A stretch of DNA of 53,306 bases, filler included, from Jimgerdemannia flammicorona (taxonomy: Eukaryota): assembly GCA_003990765.1 (NCBI GenBank). It is 3 parts of 3 records of this genome, joined end to end, with 100 filler letters (N's around TTAATTAATTAA, not from the genome) between each part and the next. Parts side by side here need not be neighbours in the genome. Positions count along the whole stretch, not along the records: positions 35,607 to 53,306 come from RBNJ01002445.1; 2 more parts are not named here. The stretch is one strand, 5' to 3'. Of this stretch, positions 37,193-52,100 are shown piece after piece. The notes under the pieces were generated by a model. That model saw only the letters and a list, made by a program, of their open reading frames with translations. It searched no databases and was not told where the DNA came from. Position numbers and translations under genes: made by a program. Within the stretch, counting starts at the first letter, position 1; every line of letters starts with the position of its first letter.

Positions 37193-39254
37193 TGTAAGTA
37201 TACAACCTCTAAGCCACCGAAATTACATGCACCCTCTGAACAAGCCACTGAAATTACATGCGATCTCTGAACAAATCTGGAAATCACCTACTTGATCACG
37301 AAGCTGAGTCAAACTGAAGTCACAGTGCACAAAGCTGAGTCAATATGAAGTCACAGAACACAAGATTTACACAAACAGAATCTTATCAATCAGGATCAAA
37401 TGCATATATACCGAGTACCGAGATGTATCAAATCAGAGAACCAAAACAAACAACAACTACAACTTCCAAACACACAAACATGACCACCAAGATCTATACT
37501 CATATCCATGCTAACATTTGGAATGCCATTGTCAATGGAGCCACACCCCCTCTGCCCCTCATGAATATCCATAGCCTAGTACCCCTCTACTTCGTGGAAG
37601 CCCGATGGAATGCTCTGAACATGCTTAGTGAGGCCTACTGAATCGGACAAATCTCAAACTACTACTAGATCGGCCACCTCCTGGAAGATATGATCGAATA
37701 CCACCATGATACAGACATTACCCAGATGTCTCAACACCAGAAGCTCATTGCCCACAAACATTGAGAACTCTTCTACAAGTATAGCACTGTTATTCCCCAC
37801 CTCCGAATTACCACAGCCAAAATGGTTGCTACCCTATCCTATGGCCAAATTGATGACATGATACAAGAACTCAACCACAAGTACCTCAAGTACATCAAAA
37901 CTACAGACAGAACCTTCCCACACCCCAATGATCATATCCTGCAAATACCCCAAGTTGGATATGCCATGAAGGACATCTACAATATAATCCACTTTGATGA
38001 AGACAAAGCAGAAGACAATGATCCCTCTGACATCGATATGATCTCTAGTCAAGGATCTCTGCCAACCCTGATCACACTGCCAATCTTGCTGATGAACTTA
38101 CAACAATTCATAACAGCATATGAGACTTATTGGGACAATGACCACTGGTATGAATACCAACCCACATTCACTCCCGATTACTTCAACTACAATGAAGAGA
38201 CCAGAGAACACAACCTATACCTCCAGACAATCCTTGAGATTGAACCAACCACTCCACCACCTGAGTATGAGCAATATGAACCACAGCTGCCAGCTTACTA
38301 TAACCCCACAACTCATAGTGCTATAACCTACAGAAGGTATGTAGACAGCAAATCCAATGAAAGTGAAGATGATGCACCCCTCCTTCGCCCACCAACACCT
38401 TATCCAGCATATGAGACAGATGATGACATCTTGTGGGACAGAGATGAAGTTCCAATGTATTATTACCTCAGCAAACAAGGAGAAGTAATCTGTGAACCAC
38501 TCTTCCTAGATGACTACTTCATCAGAGATGATGCAATCAATGGTGATGTCATTGAAAACTATCCAGATAGTGCCTAAACCCATAAATAGCCTAGCAGTCA
38601 TAGTATAGTTAGATTGGCCTTGTACGATATGACTGTGAACTGACTCAGCAGTCAGACAATCTCTTGATATGTCAGATCACACTTGTACTATGTGACTGCA
38701 TTCCAACTCAGCAAGGCACTTAGTGCTACATCCATATTCAGCATAGTCCAGATAGCCCCTCACTAGTATAAATATTCCCTCTCTCAGATCTCAGAATCTC
38801 AGACTTGAATACACAAGAACATTCCTGAATACTTCCCCACAATATCTCTTCACACAACTACTCCTAGTATAGCAATAGTATGAATAGCGAATAAACCTAT
38901 TTAATAACCCTCAAACCACTCTTAAGTAAATCTGCTCCCCATTAGGTCCCACTCCTAACCACATTATGAAATTTCCAAATTGGGTATTGTCTGCAGCGAT
39001 ACACTGATTCAACTAAGCTGGTCTTAGTTTCTTGAACTTCCTGAAATACGGAAACTCCTGAACATCCAGAACTAGTCCGAAAAAGGACTTTGGTTGAGAT
39101 GTCAACCCAATCTTGAAATCAATAAGCATAGAGGATGTACTCTATATGAAATTAATCTTGACCATAAGAAAACAGTCTTCCAGAATATCCAGAACTTCCA
39201 GAAAACCCTTCCAGAACTACGTAACAGTTACCCTAAAAAAGCAACTCTCTTACA
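37193..39254 (+). repeat. 5' LTR (copy 2)
   Basis: TG...CA ends, followed by the PBS. Confidence 0.95.
37480..38577 (+). pseudogene. LTR-embedded ORF (copy 2, 5' LTR)
   Basis: 1098 nt, one frame, stops derived from transitions. Confidence 0.75.
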
Positions 39255-40215
39255 ACTTGGTAGCAGTGGTTTACAATCCAATTCCACTTCAAGATGCTTC
39301 CTCACCCCACTACAAACCCTTCTGAGAATTCCTACAAGTTAGTATAAAGCCCAACCTCTGAACTGGAATTTATCCTGAACTATCTGACAATCTGGAGAGA
39401 ATTGAACCTAACGTACAAGGACAATTTGACCTCTACACCTACAACAAGTGGAATAAACTTCATTCAAAGAAAGAAGTACTCCAGTTAAACCAGCAAATAG
39501 GCAAAACCCTATTCACCAAACTCCTTGCACTACACCCAGCAAGTCAAGATGAAGAAGGTCTTATTGAAGCCTTCTTTACTCTTCTCAACAAGAGTTTTGT
39601 TAGCTCCACAAATCTGAGTGACTTAGGATAACCAGCAGCAGCCTTTCTAGCCTTAGTTCCTCATGAAGCCTAAGCCTCTGTAGCCAAGTGGCTCAACTCT
39701 ACTGACTTTCACCACACCAGGACTAAGACTACCTTATACTACTGATTCCAGAACAGCAAGGCCCACCAATCCTTAAAGAAGAAGCAAGAGAAACTCTTCA
39801 TCAACTACCTGACCCTGAACCTGAAGCAGGCCCTGCTACAGCCCTACCTGAATCTGAAACCAATACTGAACCTGAACTTGACTTTGAATTAAGTCTATCT
39901 GAAATCAGATATATAACTGATTCTGTCTACTTTGACACCGAGCAAACCCAATTACATAGGGACCAAACTGAAGAAGAGGAGGAGTATCTCAGTGAATTCG
40001 ATCCTGGATATACCACCGAAGGAGATGCCCTTCCATCAGGACAGAATACACCTACTCAGCAAAAAACAGCTATCTATCAAGCCCTTACTCCAGATCCACA
40101 ACTATTACTCCAGCAACTTACACAAACTCAAAGAACTCCATCACACTCTGCACCAGTACCTCAAGTAGTACCAGTAACACCACTACCAGCAGTCCAACCA
40201 CCTCCAGTAAACAAT

Positions 40216-43200
40216 ATGGCAAACCAACAGATTCTAGACCTCACAGCCCAGGTAGCCATAATGGCAGCAACCATTACTGCCTTAGCTGAACAGACCCGAC
40301 CTACCAAAAATCTGAGCCTACCTACCTTCAATGGTACTGCACAAGAAGTCCAAAGCTTCATTAGTGTAGTTGACACCAACTTTGAAGCCAATCAATGGAC
40401 CAATGAGTGAGTTGCTGACCACGTTCTGACAAACAATCAAGACCACACTCTGGAACAACTCTTTGCTACCACTACAGCCTATGTCTGCCAAGTTGTTACA
40501 TACATTCTTCCAAGGACCTGTCGAAGAATGATGGCGAACCCTTCCTGAAAAACCCCTCACATGGGATACTCGACCTGCAGTAGTTGCTCAGAATACAGCA
40601 AACAATGCCCCAGGATATGGAGCCCATCCTGTAGCCCCTGGACTCAAACAACTCATGATTGCCCAATACCGCAGCAAAACCATGATTGCTGAATCCTGAG
40701 TAAAACTCCGCAACCTCAAATTCGATATACATGACAAAGAAGAATTCAAAACCTTCTGTACAAAACTTGAGTCACTCCTGAATACTGTTGGCCTAGGATA
40801 TATCACCAATGATAAAGCACAAAATGGTACAAGAGCAGACCATTTATTCAATACTCTGCCTGAATGGCTTACTAGAAAAATCTGAGAACAAGGCTGCCCA
40901 GTTGGTTGTAATCACCAACAATGGTGCTTGGCAAGAATCAAGACTATGGTCAAGCAAATCCTAACAGCCGGACCAATTCTGCCCTGAAGACAATTCAATA
41001 ACAAGGAAAAGACTTGGACCAAGAAAGAAGAACCCAAGCATAAAGCATCCTGAGCTCCCTCCACATCCACCTCTTGGACACCTAGAAATCATGAACCCAC
41101 CTAGCCAAGTACCTTCAAGAAACTTACTGAAGGTGAAAGAAATGAACTTTGAAGAAGTGGAGCATGCTTCTATTGCCGAAAGACAGGACACATGGCCAGT
41201 GCCTGCCCTAATCAAAAACCCTGAACAGCAATACAAGCAACTGTTACCACTCTGCACCACCTCAACAACCTGACCACCAGAACACTGGACTTTATCAAGT
41301 TAAGACAAACTGCTAAAGCCCCAATCAAAGGAAGTCAAAAAGTAGCTAGATATGACCTGTATGTAGCCAAAGAAGCTACAGTTTCCAACCGAGAAGTCAA
41401 ATAAGTCTATACAGGAATCAGTATCCAAATCCCTGAAGGACATGTTAGAAGAATATGCTGTCACAACAGCCTAGTATTGAAAGGACTCTCAGTAGAAGGA
41501 GGAGTCATTGATGAAGATTACACAGGCAAAATTATAGTCCTCATCTGAAACCATAGTTGGATACCCTTCAAGATCCCTATTGGTTTCTGCATCACCCAAA
41601 TCCTATTCGAAAAAATCGAGTCAACCCTGACAGTCAAGGAAGTCTCTGAACTACTGCCTACCATCCGAGGATCCAAAGGATTTGGCTCATCAAACAAGGC
41701 CCCAACCCAACCTACCATGAGTAAAGAAGAACAATTCTACAAGAAGATTGAAGATGGATATGTACCAAGTGGCTGATGCCCTCATGGTATTGGAATGTAC
41801 TCTTCCTGAATGATTGATGATTGCTTCTCTTGTGTCAATGAACTGGCTCAAAGAAGAACTAACAGAAGGAAAGCTCCTACAACTGAAATCACCACTATTG
41901 GATCAGACAAACTGCTCACACTTAAGGCTTTTGTCAACCAAGCACCTGTCAAGATTATGATAGACAGTAGTGCCTCAGGCAACTTCATCAATGAAGAAAC
42001 AGCCAACAGACTTAAGGTCTTCACCTCTCTGGTACAACAAACCCAAGCAGTGGCCACAGCTGATGGAACCTCACATGTTATTAGCAAGGAAGTCCACAAC
42101 CTACTCTTCTGAATTGGTGATTACCGAGTACATGTTACTCTCCAAATTGTACCACTCCCTGATAATGAAATCATCCTTGGGATGCCATGGTTAAAATAAG
42201 AGAACCCTATGATCGATTGGGTAAACCATTCTCTGACCATCAAGAAAGGATGCCACAACTTCAAACTGTAAGGTGAGAAGAACCCACTTAATTCTAGTGA
42301 CCCTGGACTAAAGATCACCCACATCAATAAGCTACAACTTAAGAAATTGGTCAAGAAATGCCCTCTCTTCACCATCTCCATCTGCCCATCCAAAGGAGAA
42401 CCTGAGAACTCTGAAGAAGATTTTTCCAAAGTTGACAGCCATGTCAGACCACTACTCCAGAAATTTCGAGACATATTCCCAAAGAAACTCCCGAAAGGCC
42501 TACCTCCTAAACAAGCAGTAGACTATACCATCAAGACTATCCCAGATGCCAAACCAGCCTTCAAGTCAATCTACTATATGTCTCCAAGAAAAATCGATGC
42601 ACTCAAGAAAGAAATTGATGAACTCCTAGAACAAGGATTCATCAGACCCAGTGTATCACCCTATGGTGCACCAGTTCTCTTTGTTGTCAAAAAAGGAGGA
42701 GACCTGCAAATGTGTATTGACTACCATGATCTCAATGAACAGACCATCAAGAACTGTTGCCCACTACCGAGGATTGATGAAATATTTGATAGACTTACCA
42801 ACCCACAATTTATGAGCTCTTTTAACCTACAAAATGGCTATTAGCAAATTGCTATGAAAGAAGAAGACATCTACAAGACAGCTTTCTGAACTCGCTATGG
42901 ACACTTCAAGTTCCTGGTTATGTCCTTTGGCTTAACTAATGCTCCAGCAACCTTCCAGACACTGATAAATACCATTCTGCATCCATACCTGGACAAATTC
43001 ATTGTTGTCTACATTGACGACATCCTAGTCTTCAGTGAAACCCTGGAGGAACATCTTAAATACCTTGAACTAGTACTACTGAAACTCTGAGAAAACCAAC
43101 TTTTTGCAAAACTCAGCAAGTGTGAATTTCTCCTGAAAGAAATTTAATTCCTTAGATACATTATTACTCTAAATGGAATCAAAGTAGACCTCAGCAAAAT

Positions 43201-45352
43201 CTCTGCAATCAAGGATTGGCCCAGACCCAAGAAGCTGAAAGACCTCCAGTCATTCCTGGAATTAGCAAACTATTACAGGCAATTTGTTGCCAACTTTGCT
43301 AAAATCACTACTGCCCTCACCCAAATGACTAAGCATAGCAAGAAATAAGAACAACTCTGGACCTTAAAACAAGAGAAAGACTTCAACAATCTTGTAACTT
43401 GGGGACCTGAGCAAGATACCGCCTTTCAAGCACTAAAGGATACCCTGATAACCACTTCAGTACTTCAAGTGGCAAACTCTGCACTGCTATATAAAGTCAC
43501 CACTGATGCCTATGACCTAGCCCTTGGAGCAGTACTTATGCAAGAAGGACACCCTGTGGCCTACCACTTCTGCAAGTTCAATGATGCTGAAATTAACTAT
43601 GCAACCCACGAGAAGGAAATGCTAGCTATCGTAGATACTCTGATCAAATGGCGACCCTATCTAAAAGGAGTATACTTCACCGTATTGACTGACCACAAAT
43701 CATTAGTCAATATCAAGACACAGACTACCCTTTCTCAAAAGCAAGCCAGATAGATGAAAGTTCTCACCAACTTTGACTACAAAATCCAGTACCACCCTGA
43801 CAAGGAAAATATTATTGCCAATGTAATCTCCAGACTACCAATCAAAGAGGTTATTCAAACTCTCACCTTGGTTACAAACTCCATCATAGAACAAATTATC
43901 ACAGCATGTGCTGATGATAAGAAAGCTCAAGCACTGCAAGAAATCCTGAACAGTGATGATGCTGACAAGCATACACAGTATCATCAATACCAACTAAAGG
44001 ACAATGCTATCTACTACAAAGACAGACTATATGTCCCAAACAACTGAGACCTCCGAAGGACTATCCTATTTGAATGTCATGATGCCCCTACAGCTGGACA
44101 TTTAGGATTTGATAAATGTTACAAAGTTATCTCCCGAAACTTCTATTGGTCCCACATGGCAGATCAGCTCAAAACGTACATCACTTCCTGTGATGCCTGC
44201 CAACAAAACAAGTTCTCAACACTAGCAAAACCTGGCTTACTTCACCCTATCCCAGTACCATCTGTGAATTGGGAACAAATATCTATGGACTTCATTGTAT
44301 AACTACCCCAAACCAAGAACGGGAAAGATGCAGTTGTTGTCTTTATGGATTATCTCAGCAAACAAGCCTACTTTATACCTATTACCACTACTGCAACAGC
44401 ACCAGACATAGCTACACTCTTATTTGACAACATCTTCCGCTATTATGGTCTTCCTAAGATCATTGTTAGCAACCAAGACCCGAAATTCACTAGCCATTTT
44501 TGGAAAGCCCTCCATGCACACCTTAGAACAAAACTTGTACTATCCACAGTCTTTCACTCAGAAACTGATGGCCAAACTGAAAGAATGAACCAAACCCTGA
44601 AATAAATGCTAAGGAACTATGTTTCCTACAGACAAGATGACTGGTATGAATACCTCACTGCAGTCAAGTTTACCTATAACAATAGCAAGCAAGCCTCTCT
44701 TGGAATGACCCCATTCTTTGCCAACACTAGACAAAATCCAAATACCCCTTTGACACTTATCTGAACCACTGAAGAACTCTCCACAGTTGAAGCTGTTGAA
44801 GAATTCTTACTGCGAATGCGCAATCTAAGCCAGATTGCCATCAAGAATTTATCATGAGCTCAAGAACAACAGTCACAGTATGTTAACTAACACCGCTGAG
44901 AAGAAACCTTTGATATTAGAGAAAAAGTTCTACTAGACATCAGAGGATACTGAGTTGACAACCTCAAGCACAGACCATCTACAAAGCTGAACAGCAAGTT
45001 CATTGGACTATTTGAAGTCATTACATAAGTCTCTCTAACCTCCTACAAATTGGTGCTACTGGATACCATTAAGATTCACCCAGTCTTTAATGTTCAATGT
45101 CTCAAGTGATACAATAAGAATGATGACAAGCTATTTCCAAACCAGACCACCAAACCACCTACACCTGTCATTATTAATGATCAAGAAGAGTATGAAGTTG
45201 ACCAAATCCTCAACAAATGTGGCAACAAGAGCCACCCTGAGTACCTTGTCAAATGGAAAGGTTATCTGATCTATGATACAACCTGGGAACCCAAGACCAA
45301 TCTCCAGAATACTACTGATCTAGTTCAGGAATATGATTCCTTGAACAACTAG
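40216..45352 (+). pseudogene. gag-pol polyprotein pseudogene
   Basis: CFYCRKTGHMASAC (41165-41206); dUTPase 41282-41692; IDSSASGNF; YIDD (~43010-43021); TTDA RNase H; HDAPTAGH..CDAC and SMDF/TDGQTER integrase; EYEVDQIL..YLVKWKGY..TWEP chromodomain. Confidence 0.93.
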
Positions 45353-45754
45353 AACCAAATACTCTGCACCTATCTGTACATACTATATACTATTCTCCCA
45401 AACATTATAATTATTGCAAACCAAACCAAGAACTCAGCAAAACAAGACAAGAATACTGACCCTCTGGAAAAATAGCAAAACTGAAAGCAAGTCTATTCTC
45501 CCTATACCACTGATGGGAAATAAGGTGTAGATATTTAAGAAGATTCTTTAGAGGAAATTCTCCAGCAGTGAATGACGTCAGAATCACTTCTAGTGCACAG
45601 CATTGAACACATGACCCTTTAACATGTGAATCCAACACATTAGGCAACTGTACTATGAGCATACCACTTTCTGAAAAAATGGACTTCACCAGACTTTTGA
45701 CCTCCCAAATGATGTAACAACACTAGAACAAAATTAGAAGGCCCCGGGGAGAGT

Positions 45755-47817
45755 TGTAAGCATACAATCTCCAAGCCACTGAAATTACACATCACTCTCT
45801 GAACAAGCCACTGAAATCACATACAATCTCTGAATGAATCTGAAAATCACCTGCTTGATCATGAAGCTGAGTCAAACCAAAGTCACAGCACACGAAGCTG
45901 AGTTAATATGAAGTCACAGAACACAAGATTTACACAAATGGAATCTTACTAATCAGGATCAAATGCATATATACTGAGCACCAAGATGTGTCAAATCAGA
46001 GAACCAAAACAAACAACAACTACAACTTCCAAATACATAAATATGACCACCAAGATCTATACCCATATCCATGCTGATATTTGGAATGCCATTATCAATG
46101 GAGCCACACCCCCTCTGCCCCTCATGAATATCCATAGCCTAGCACTCCTCTACTTCGTGGAAGTCCAATGGAATGCTCTGAATATGCTTAGTGAGGCCCA
46201 CTGAATCGGATAAATCTCAAGCTACTACCAGATCGGCTGCCTCCTGGAAGATATGATCGAATACCACTATGATATAGACATTACTCAGATGTCTCAACAC
46301 CAGAAGCTCATCACCTGCAAACATCGAGAACTCTTCTATGAGTATAGTACTGTTATTCCCCACCTCCGAGTTACTACAGCCAAAATGGTTGCTACCCTGT
46401 CCTATGGCCAAATCAATGACATAATATAAGAACTCAACCACAAGTACCTTGAGTATGTCAAAACCACAGACAGAATCTTCCTACACCCCAATGATCATAT
46501 TCTGCAAATGCCCCAAGTTGGATATGCCATGAAGGACATCTATGATATAATCTACTTTGATGAAGACAAAGCAGAAGACAACGATCCCTCTGATGCTGAT
46601 ATGACCTCTAGCCAAGGATCTTTGCCAACCCTGATCACATCACCAACCTTGCTGATGAACTTACAACAATTCATAACAGCATACGAGACTTATTGGGACA
46701 ATGACCACTGGCATAAATACCAACCCGCATTCACCTCCGATTACTTCAACTATAATAAAGAGACTGGAGAACACAACCTATACCTCCAGACAACCCTCGA
46801 GATTGAACCAACCACTCCACCACCTGAGTATGAGCAACATGAACCACAGCCGCCAGCTTACTATAACCCTGTGACTCATAGTGCTATAACCTACAGAAGG
46901 TATATAGATAGCAAATCTGATAAAAGTGAAGATGATGCACCCCTCCTTCGCCCACCAACACCTTATTCAGTATATGAGTCAGATGATGCCATCTTGTGGG
47001 ACAGAGATGAAGTTCCAATGTATTATTACCTCAGCAAACAAGGAGAAGTAATCTGTGAACCACTCTTCCTAGATGACTACTTCATCAGAGATGATGCAAT
47101 CAATGGTAATATCATTGAAGACTACCCAGATAGTGCCTAAACTCATAAATAGTCTAGCAGTTATAGTATAGTTAGATTAGCCTTGTATGATATGACTGTG
47201 AACTGACTCAGCAGTCAGACAATCTCTTGACATGTCAGATCACACTTGTACTATGTGACTGCATTCTGACTCAGCAAGGCACTTAGTGCTACATCCATAT
47301 TCAGTATAGTCCAGATAGCCCCTCACTAGTATAAATATCCCCTCCCCCAGACCTCAGAATCTCAGACTTGAATACACAAAAACATTTCTGAATACTTCTC
47401 CACAATATCCCTTTACACAACTACTCCTAGTATAGTAATAGTATGAATAGCGAATAAACCTATTTAATAACCCTCAAACCACTCTTAAGTAAATCCACTC
47501 TCCATTAGGTCCCACTTCTAACCACATTACGAAATTTCCTAATTGGGTATTGTCTGCAGCGATACACTAATTCAACTAAGCTGGTCTTAGTTTCTTGAAC
47601 TTCCTGAAATATGAAAACTCCTGAATATCCAGAACTAGTCTGAAAAATGACTTTGGTTGAGATATCAACCCAATCTTGAAATCAATAAGCATAGAGGATA
47701 TACTCCATATGAAATTGATCTTGACTATAAGAAAACAGTCTTTCAGAATATCCAGAACTTCCAGAAAACCCTTCCAGAACTATGTAACAGTTACCCTAAA
47801 AAAGCAACCCTCTTATA
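45755..47817 (+). repeat. 3' LTR (copy 2)
   Basis: Direct repeat of 37193-39254, followed by the TSD. Confidence 0.95.
46043..47140 (+). pseudogene. LTR-embedded ORF (copy 2, 3' LTR)
   Basis: 1098 nt, same frame and length as the other two copies. Confidence 0.75.
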
Positions 47818-49128
47818 CTTATTGAGTTTATTTAATTTACTATTTTTGATTTTCTCTAATAATTTTTGTAGTTCTTCTTCCAACCAATAAACTTTTTTAT
47901 TTTTTATATACTCTTCTGTTAATTCAGAATAATCTAATAAAAGTTCTTCAATAGTTTTTTTTTTTGAAACTTTCATATTCAATTTTAACTTTTACAATTC
48001 ATTCAGTAATACCTTTACTATATCTTTAAGAGAAATACTATAAAAATTATAACAATTTCTAAACTCTTCCCTTTGATCTTTTTCAAATGGTTCCTTTTTT
48101 ATCTTATCCTCTTCTAATTATTTTTCAATAATTTTCTTACTTTCTTCTAAATCTAAATCTTGTAGAGTTAAGAAAATATCTTTTTTAACATCATTTATTT
48201 CATTATAGTATTTAAATCAATTATTATAATATTGAATATATTGATAAAGTAAGTAAATATATCTTTGCTGAGAACTTTTAGCAGGATAATTCTTACAAAA
48301 CCTTGGTCAGTATTCTTCATTATTAATTTGGATGATTTTATCAACTACTGTTAGATCAGAATTATAAGTAATATATCTATTCTCTAAATATTTAATTATC
48401 TCTTGTTTAATTTCTTCATTATTCAACTACTTAACTTATAATAGTACTTTTAATTATTTGATTTGGTTTAATAATTCTTTGTTTCTCTCTTGAAGTTCAT
48501 TGATTATATTTTTTGTTATAAATTGATATTTATTTTTCTTTTATATATTTATATATTTCTTTTTATAAGATTATGTTAAGTATATAGATTATTTTAGTAA
48601 AAAAAAAAACAATAGTTATTTTTCTTTAAAATAGTTCTGAATGAAAGAAATATACCAGATTTTTATATTTTACTAATAATAATCCAGATAGTATGAAAAT
48701 GAAGAAATGTTCCCTAAAAAAATTATGTTCTGCCTAATTATGATACATCAAAGTCCTATCAATATTGGTAAAGACTTTAAAAGAAGCATGAAAACAGAGA
48801 ATATTAAGTTATACTTTCAGTTTGCTTACTCTAATCAAATTATATGGTGAATATTGAATAATTAAAAAGTTATGAGCAAAGCAGCAGCAAAAATAAATAA
48901 TCGAATGACGTCAAATGTTCACTTTGTCTGATTTTGTTGCAGCACGCCCCATATGTAAAGTCCAGAATGTCCATGGCAGTGTGATATGTGAGTGAAAGAC
49001 GAATATTAAAAACAAATTTTACAAATACAATCAACGAAATGAATGATTTCGTACATTTCGCGAACAATACCAAAAAAAAAAAAAAAAAAGCCTCCCCAAC
49101 GATACGCCAGTATACTTTTGGATTTTAT

Positions 49129-52100
49129 CTAATCAATCGATCTCCCCTCACCCCCTTCCTCCTTCACCAAATCCCTCATTTCCGTAATATCTGTCCCCCC
49201 CGGAGACACCCCGACGGAGTTCCTTCTCCTCGATAATTCCGCCGGACCCATCTCATCCTCTTCCTCTGTTACAATTCTCATCGGTTCCATCAACACCTCC
49301 ACCTCCTCGCGCTCGACGCTCGGGCGCACGCTAGGCTCTAGCAGCACCGATGATCTAGCCGTGGACCCTGCCACTGCCACGGGCCACCCAACCACGGATC
49401 CCTCGTCGCTGGCGGCTGATATGTTGGACAGCCTCCTGGGGTTGACCAATCCGCGCAGCGTCGCGAAGCGGACCTTTCGGTGCGAGTTGGACGGGTCCAC
49501 GGGACCCAGGTCCTGCGACGGATCGATCGTGACAATGGGCATGGCTTCTAGCGCCGCGGCCGTGAGACTCTGGCTCGATGACGGGCCCGTGTAGGCCGGA
49601 CCGAGTCCACCGACGCCAGCGACGGCCGAGCCAATCCCTGCGACGGCTGCGACGAGGGAGCCCTTGAGTCCGCTACGTGGCATTGCTCGTTTGGGATCGA
49701 GGGCCTTGGCTGGTGCGGACTCGGAGCGAGTGAGGCGGATGGGTCGGAGCATCATCCAGTCCTGGTTGAGGTGATCCAGGGGGCGTTCCTCCGAGATGGA
49801 GTTTCTCTCGAAGTGGAGGTCTGGATGGGACATGGCGTTCTTGGGACGGTAGACAGACTTGCGGAAGGAGTCGAAGACCGACTCGTCGTCCGACGAGAAG
49901 GCGAAGCCCGTGAAGGACATGCGCTTGCCAGACCGCATGTACATGACCTGGTCGCTGCGGAAGGACGGCGTGCGGCCGCTGGAAAACGGCGGTCGCGTGG
50001 GGATCGGCGTCGGAATGGCAATCGAGTGGTCCGACTTGTCGTGGTCCTCGAGGGTGAAAGTTTCCGACGCTGTTGTCGCACTGGAGCTGTGCCGCCGTAT
50101 CCCCGCAGTCGACGTCTCTGTGTGGAGCGAGGCATTCCGCGTGATGGGTTGTTCGTCTTCGGGACTCGTTTCGGTTCCAAGATTCTTGCAGATGACCAGC
50201 TCGCGAATGATGTCGTTGTCCAAGGGATAGTATTGGTGCAGATATACCTTGAAGGCGTAGCGCGGAAGCATGGCGATGACGAACGTGACGACGAGGCACA
50301 ACCAGAACGAGACCTCACCGAACAAAATATCCTCGCCAAGGAAAAGGAAGGTGTTGAACTGCGAAAAAACTGCTGTCCAAATGAAGTAGGTCCCGATGGA
50401 TGCCACGATGACAATGCCCATCAGCCAAGTCCAGCTAAAGATCGTGATGCCGACATAGCCGTTCGCGACCACGACGGCGATGGCAGCGATGACGGTACCC
50501 AACTCAATCACACCGTTGGAGTCATACCCGTTGGCGTTGATATGCGCGCCAAGAAACATAAAGTAAGGGATGAAGAAGCAGACGGCGGATTGGTATAGGG
50601 CGTCAACCACGTGTAGCCAGAACCGCCAGGTGGTGAATTTCTCGTTGCGTAAGCCCATCATATACAACTGCGGGTATGCCAGAGACACCTCCGCCGACAG
50701 ATCTTGGTCAAAGACGCCTGTAAAAGGTGATTTATGAAAAATTAGGGGGAGTACTTTCAAATAGGTGTGTGTGTGTATATGCGATGGACAGTGTAGTTAT
50801 ACTCACCCAAGAAAATGCAAGGCAGAGACGTGAACATCAGGTTGAATAACATGATGAACGAGTAGTCGAACATCATTGTCCCGGTAAACCTGCCAGTGGA
50901 AGTGAAAAAGTCAGTCTTCACGAACAACACATAACAAATCAATCAGGTTGAAAATATTTAAGATTGAAAAATCTCGACACAACGTACCCACAGAAGATTT
51001 GATACCAAAACAGAACAATCGTCCACACAATATTTTTGTAGAAGAAGGTCAGAATCATCTCCGCCGTGCGTAGGTACGACCATCTACCATGGACGAGAAG
51101 CAGCTTGCCCAGGAACCTAAACTGCGCGATGGCATAATCGGATGCCATAACGGCCTGCCGACCCTCCTCGCCCGAAATCCCGATGCCAACGTTCGCCTCC
51201 TGGATCATGGATACGTCATTTGCGCCATCACCGATCGCAAGCGTCATGACGTTTAAGCCCCTCTTCACCAAATTGACGACCTTTGCCTTCTGCATGGGGC
51301 TCACACGACAGCACAGAACGCTCTCGCACCTCCTCCCAAGCTCCAGCATGAGGTCCTTGCACGGCTTCTCAAGCGCGTACTTTAGTGTCTCACCGTCGAT
51401 GACAAGGGCGTGGCGCTTGCTCTCCCCGGACTGGTCACCATCCCAGAACTTTTCGAGCGCATCCTGCAGCTGCTGTTGCGTGGACTCCTTCCCATTGGCG
51501 TTGATGATGATTAGCAACATGTTCTTCTGCAGCAAGTTGGCCGCAAAACCGATGTTGATGGCCGTCTCCGTCTTGTCTCCCGTCAGCACCCAGATCTTGA
51601 TGCCCGCCTGAGAGAGCAGCGCAATCGTTTCGGGCACACCCTCCTGAAGTCGGTCCTCGATCGCCGTGCCGCCAATCAGCATCAGGTTCTGTTCGATCTC
51701 CTCGCACACCTCCTCAATTTTCTCGTCGCGGTTGCTGATGGACGAGGACGCCTCCTGGTAGCGGACAGACCAGTCGGCGTATTCCCTCTCGTCGACGAAG
51801 CGGTGCGCCACACAGAGGGTTCGAAGACCTGTGAATAAGGATGTCAATTACTATCCGCGAGCATTGAATCATTGGCTTCAAACTCCAATTGTCGTACACT
51901 CCCTCACCCGCCCACCCACCCACCCACACACCTTCATTAGCGAAAGCCTCTAAATGCGCTAACGTTGCTTCCTTAATCCTCTTCTGCGACGCACACAGCT
52001 CCGCGCTCCCTCCACAATCCTTCGCCAGCCGCTCGTAAATGACCGAATCGGCTCCCTTACATAGTAGCACGAGCCTCCCACCTTCAGAAGGCCGCATGAT

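Larger units (their letters stand above)
37193..47817 (+). mobile_element. Full-length Ty3/Gypsy chromovirus copy 2 with dUTPase, decayed
   Basis: LTRs 37193-39254 and 45755-47817; TSD CTTAT at 37188-37192 and 47818-47822; PBS 39258-39266; GGGGAGAG PPT 45746-45753; domain order gag-CCHC-dUTPase-PR-RT-RH-IN-chromodomain. Confidence 0.97.
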
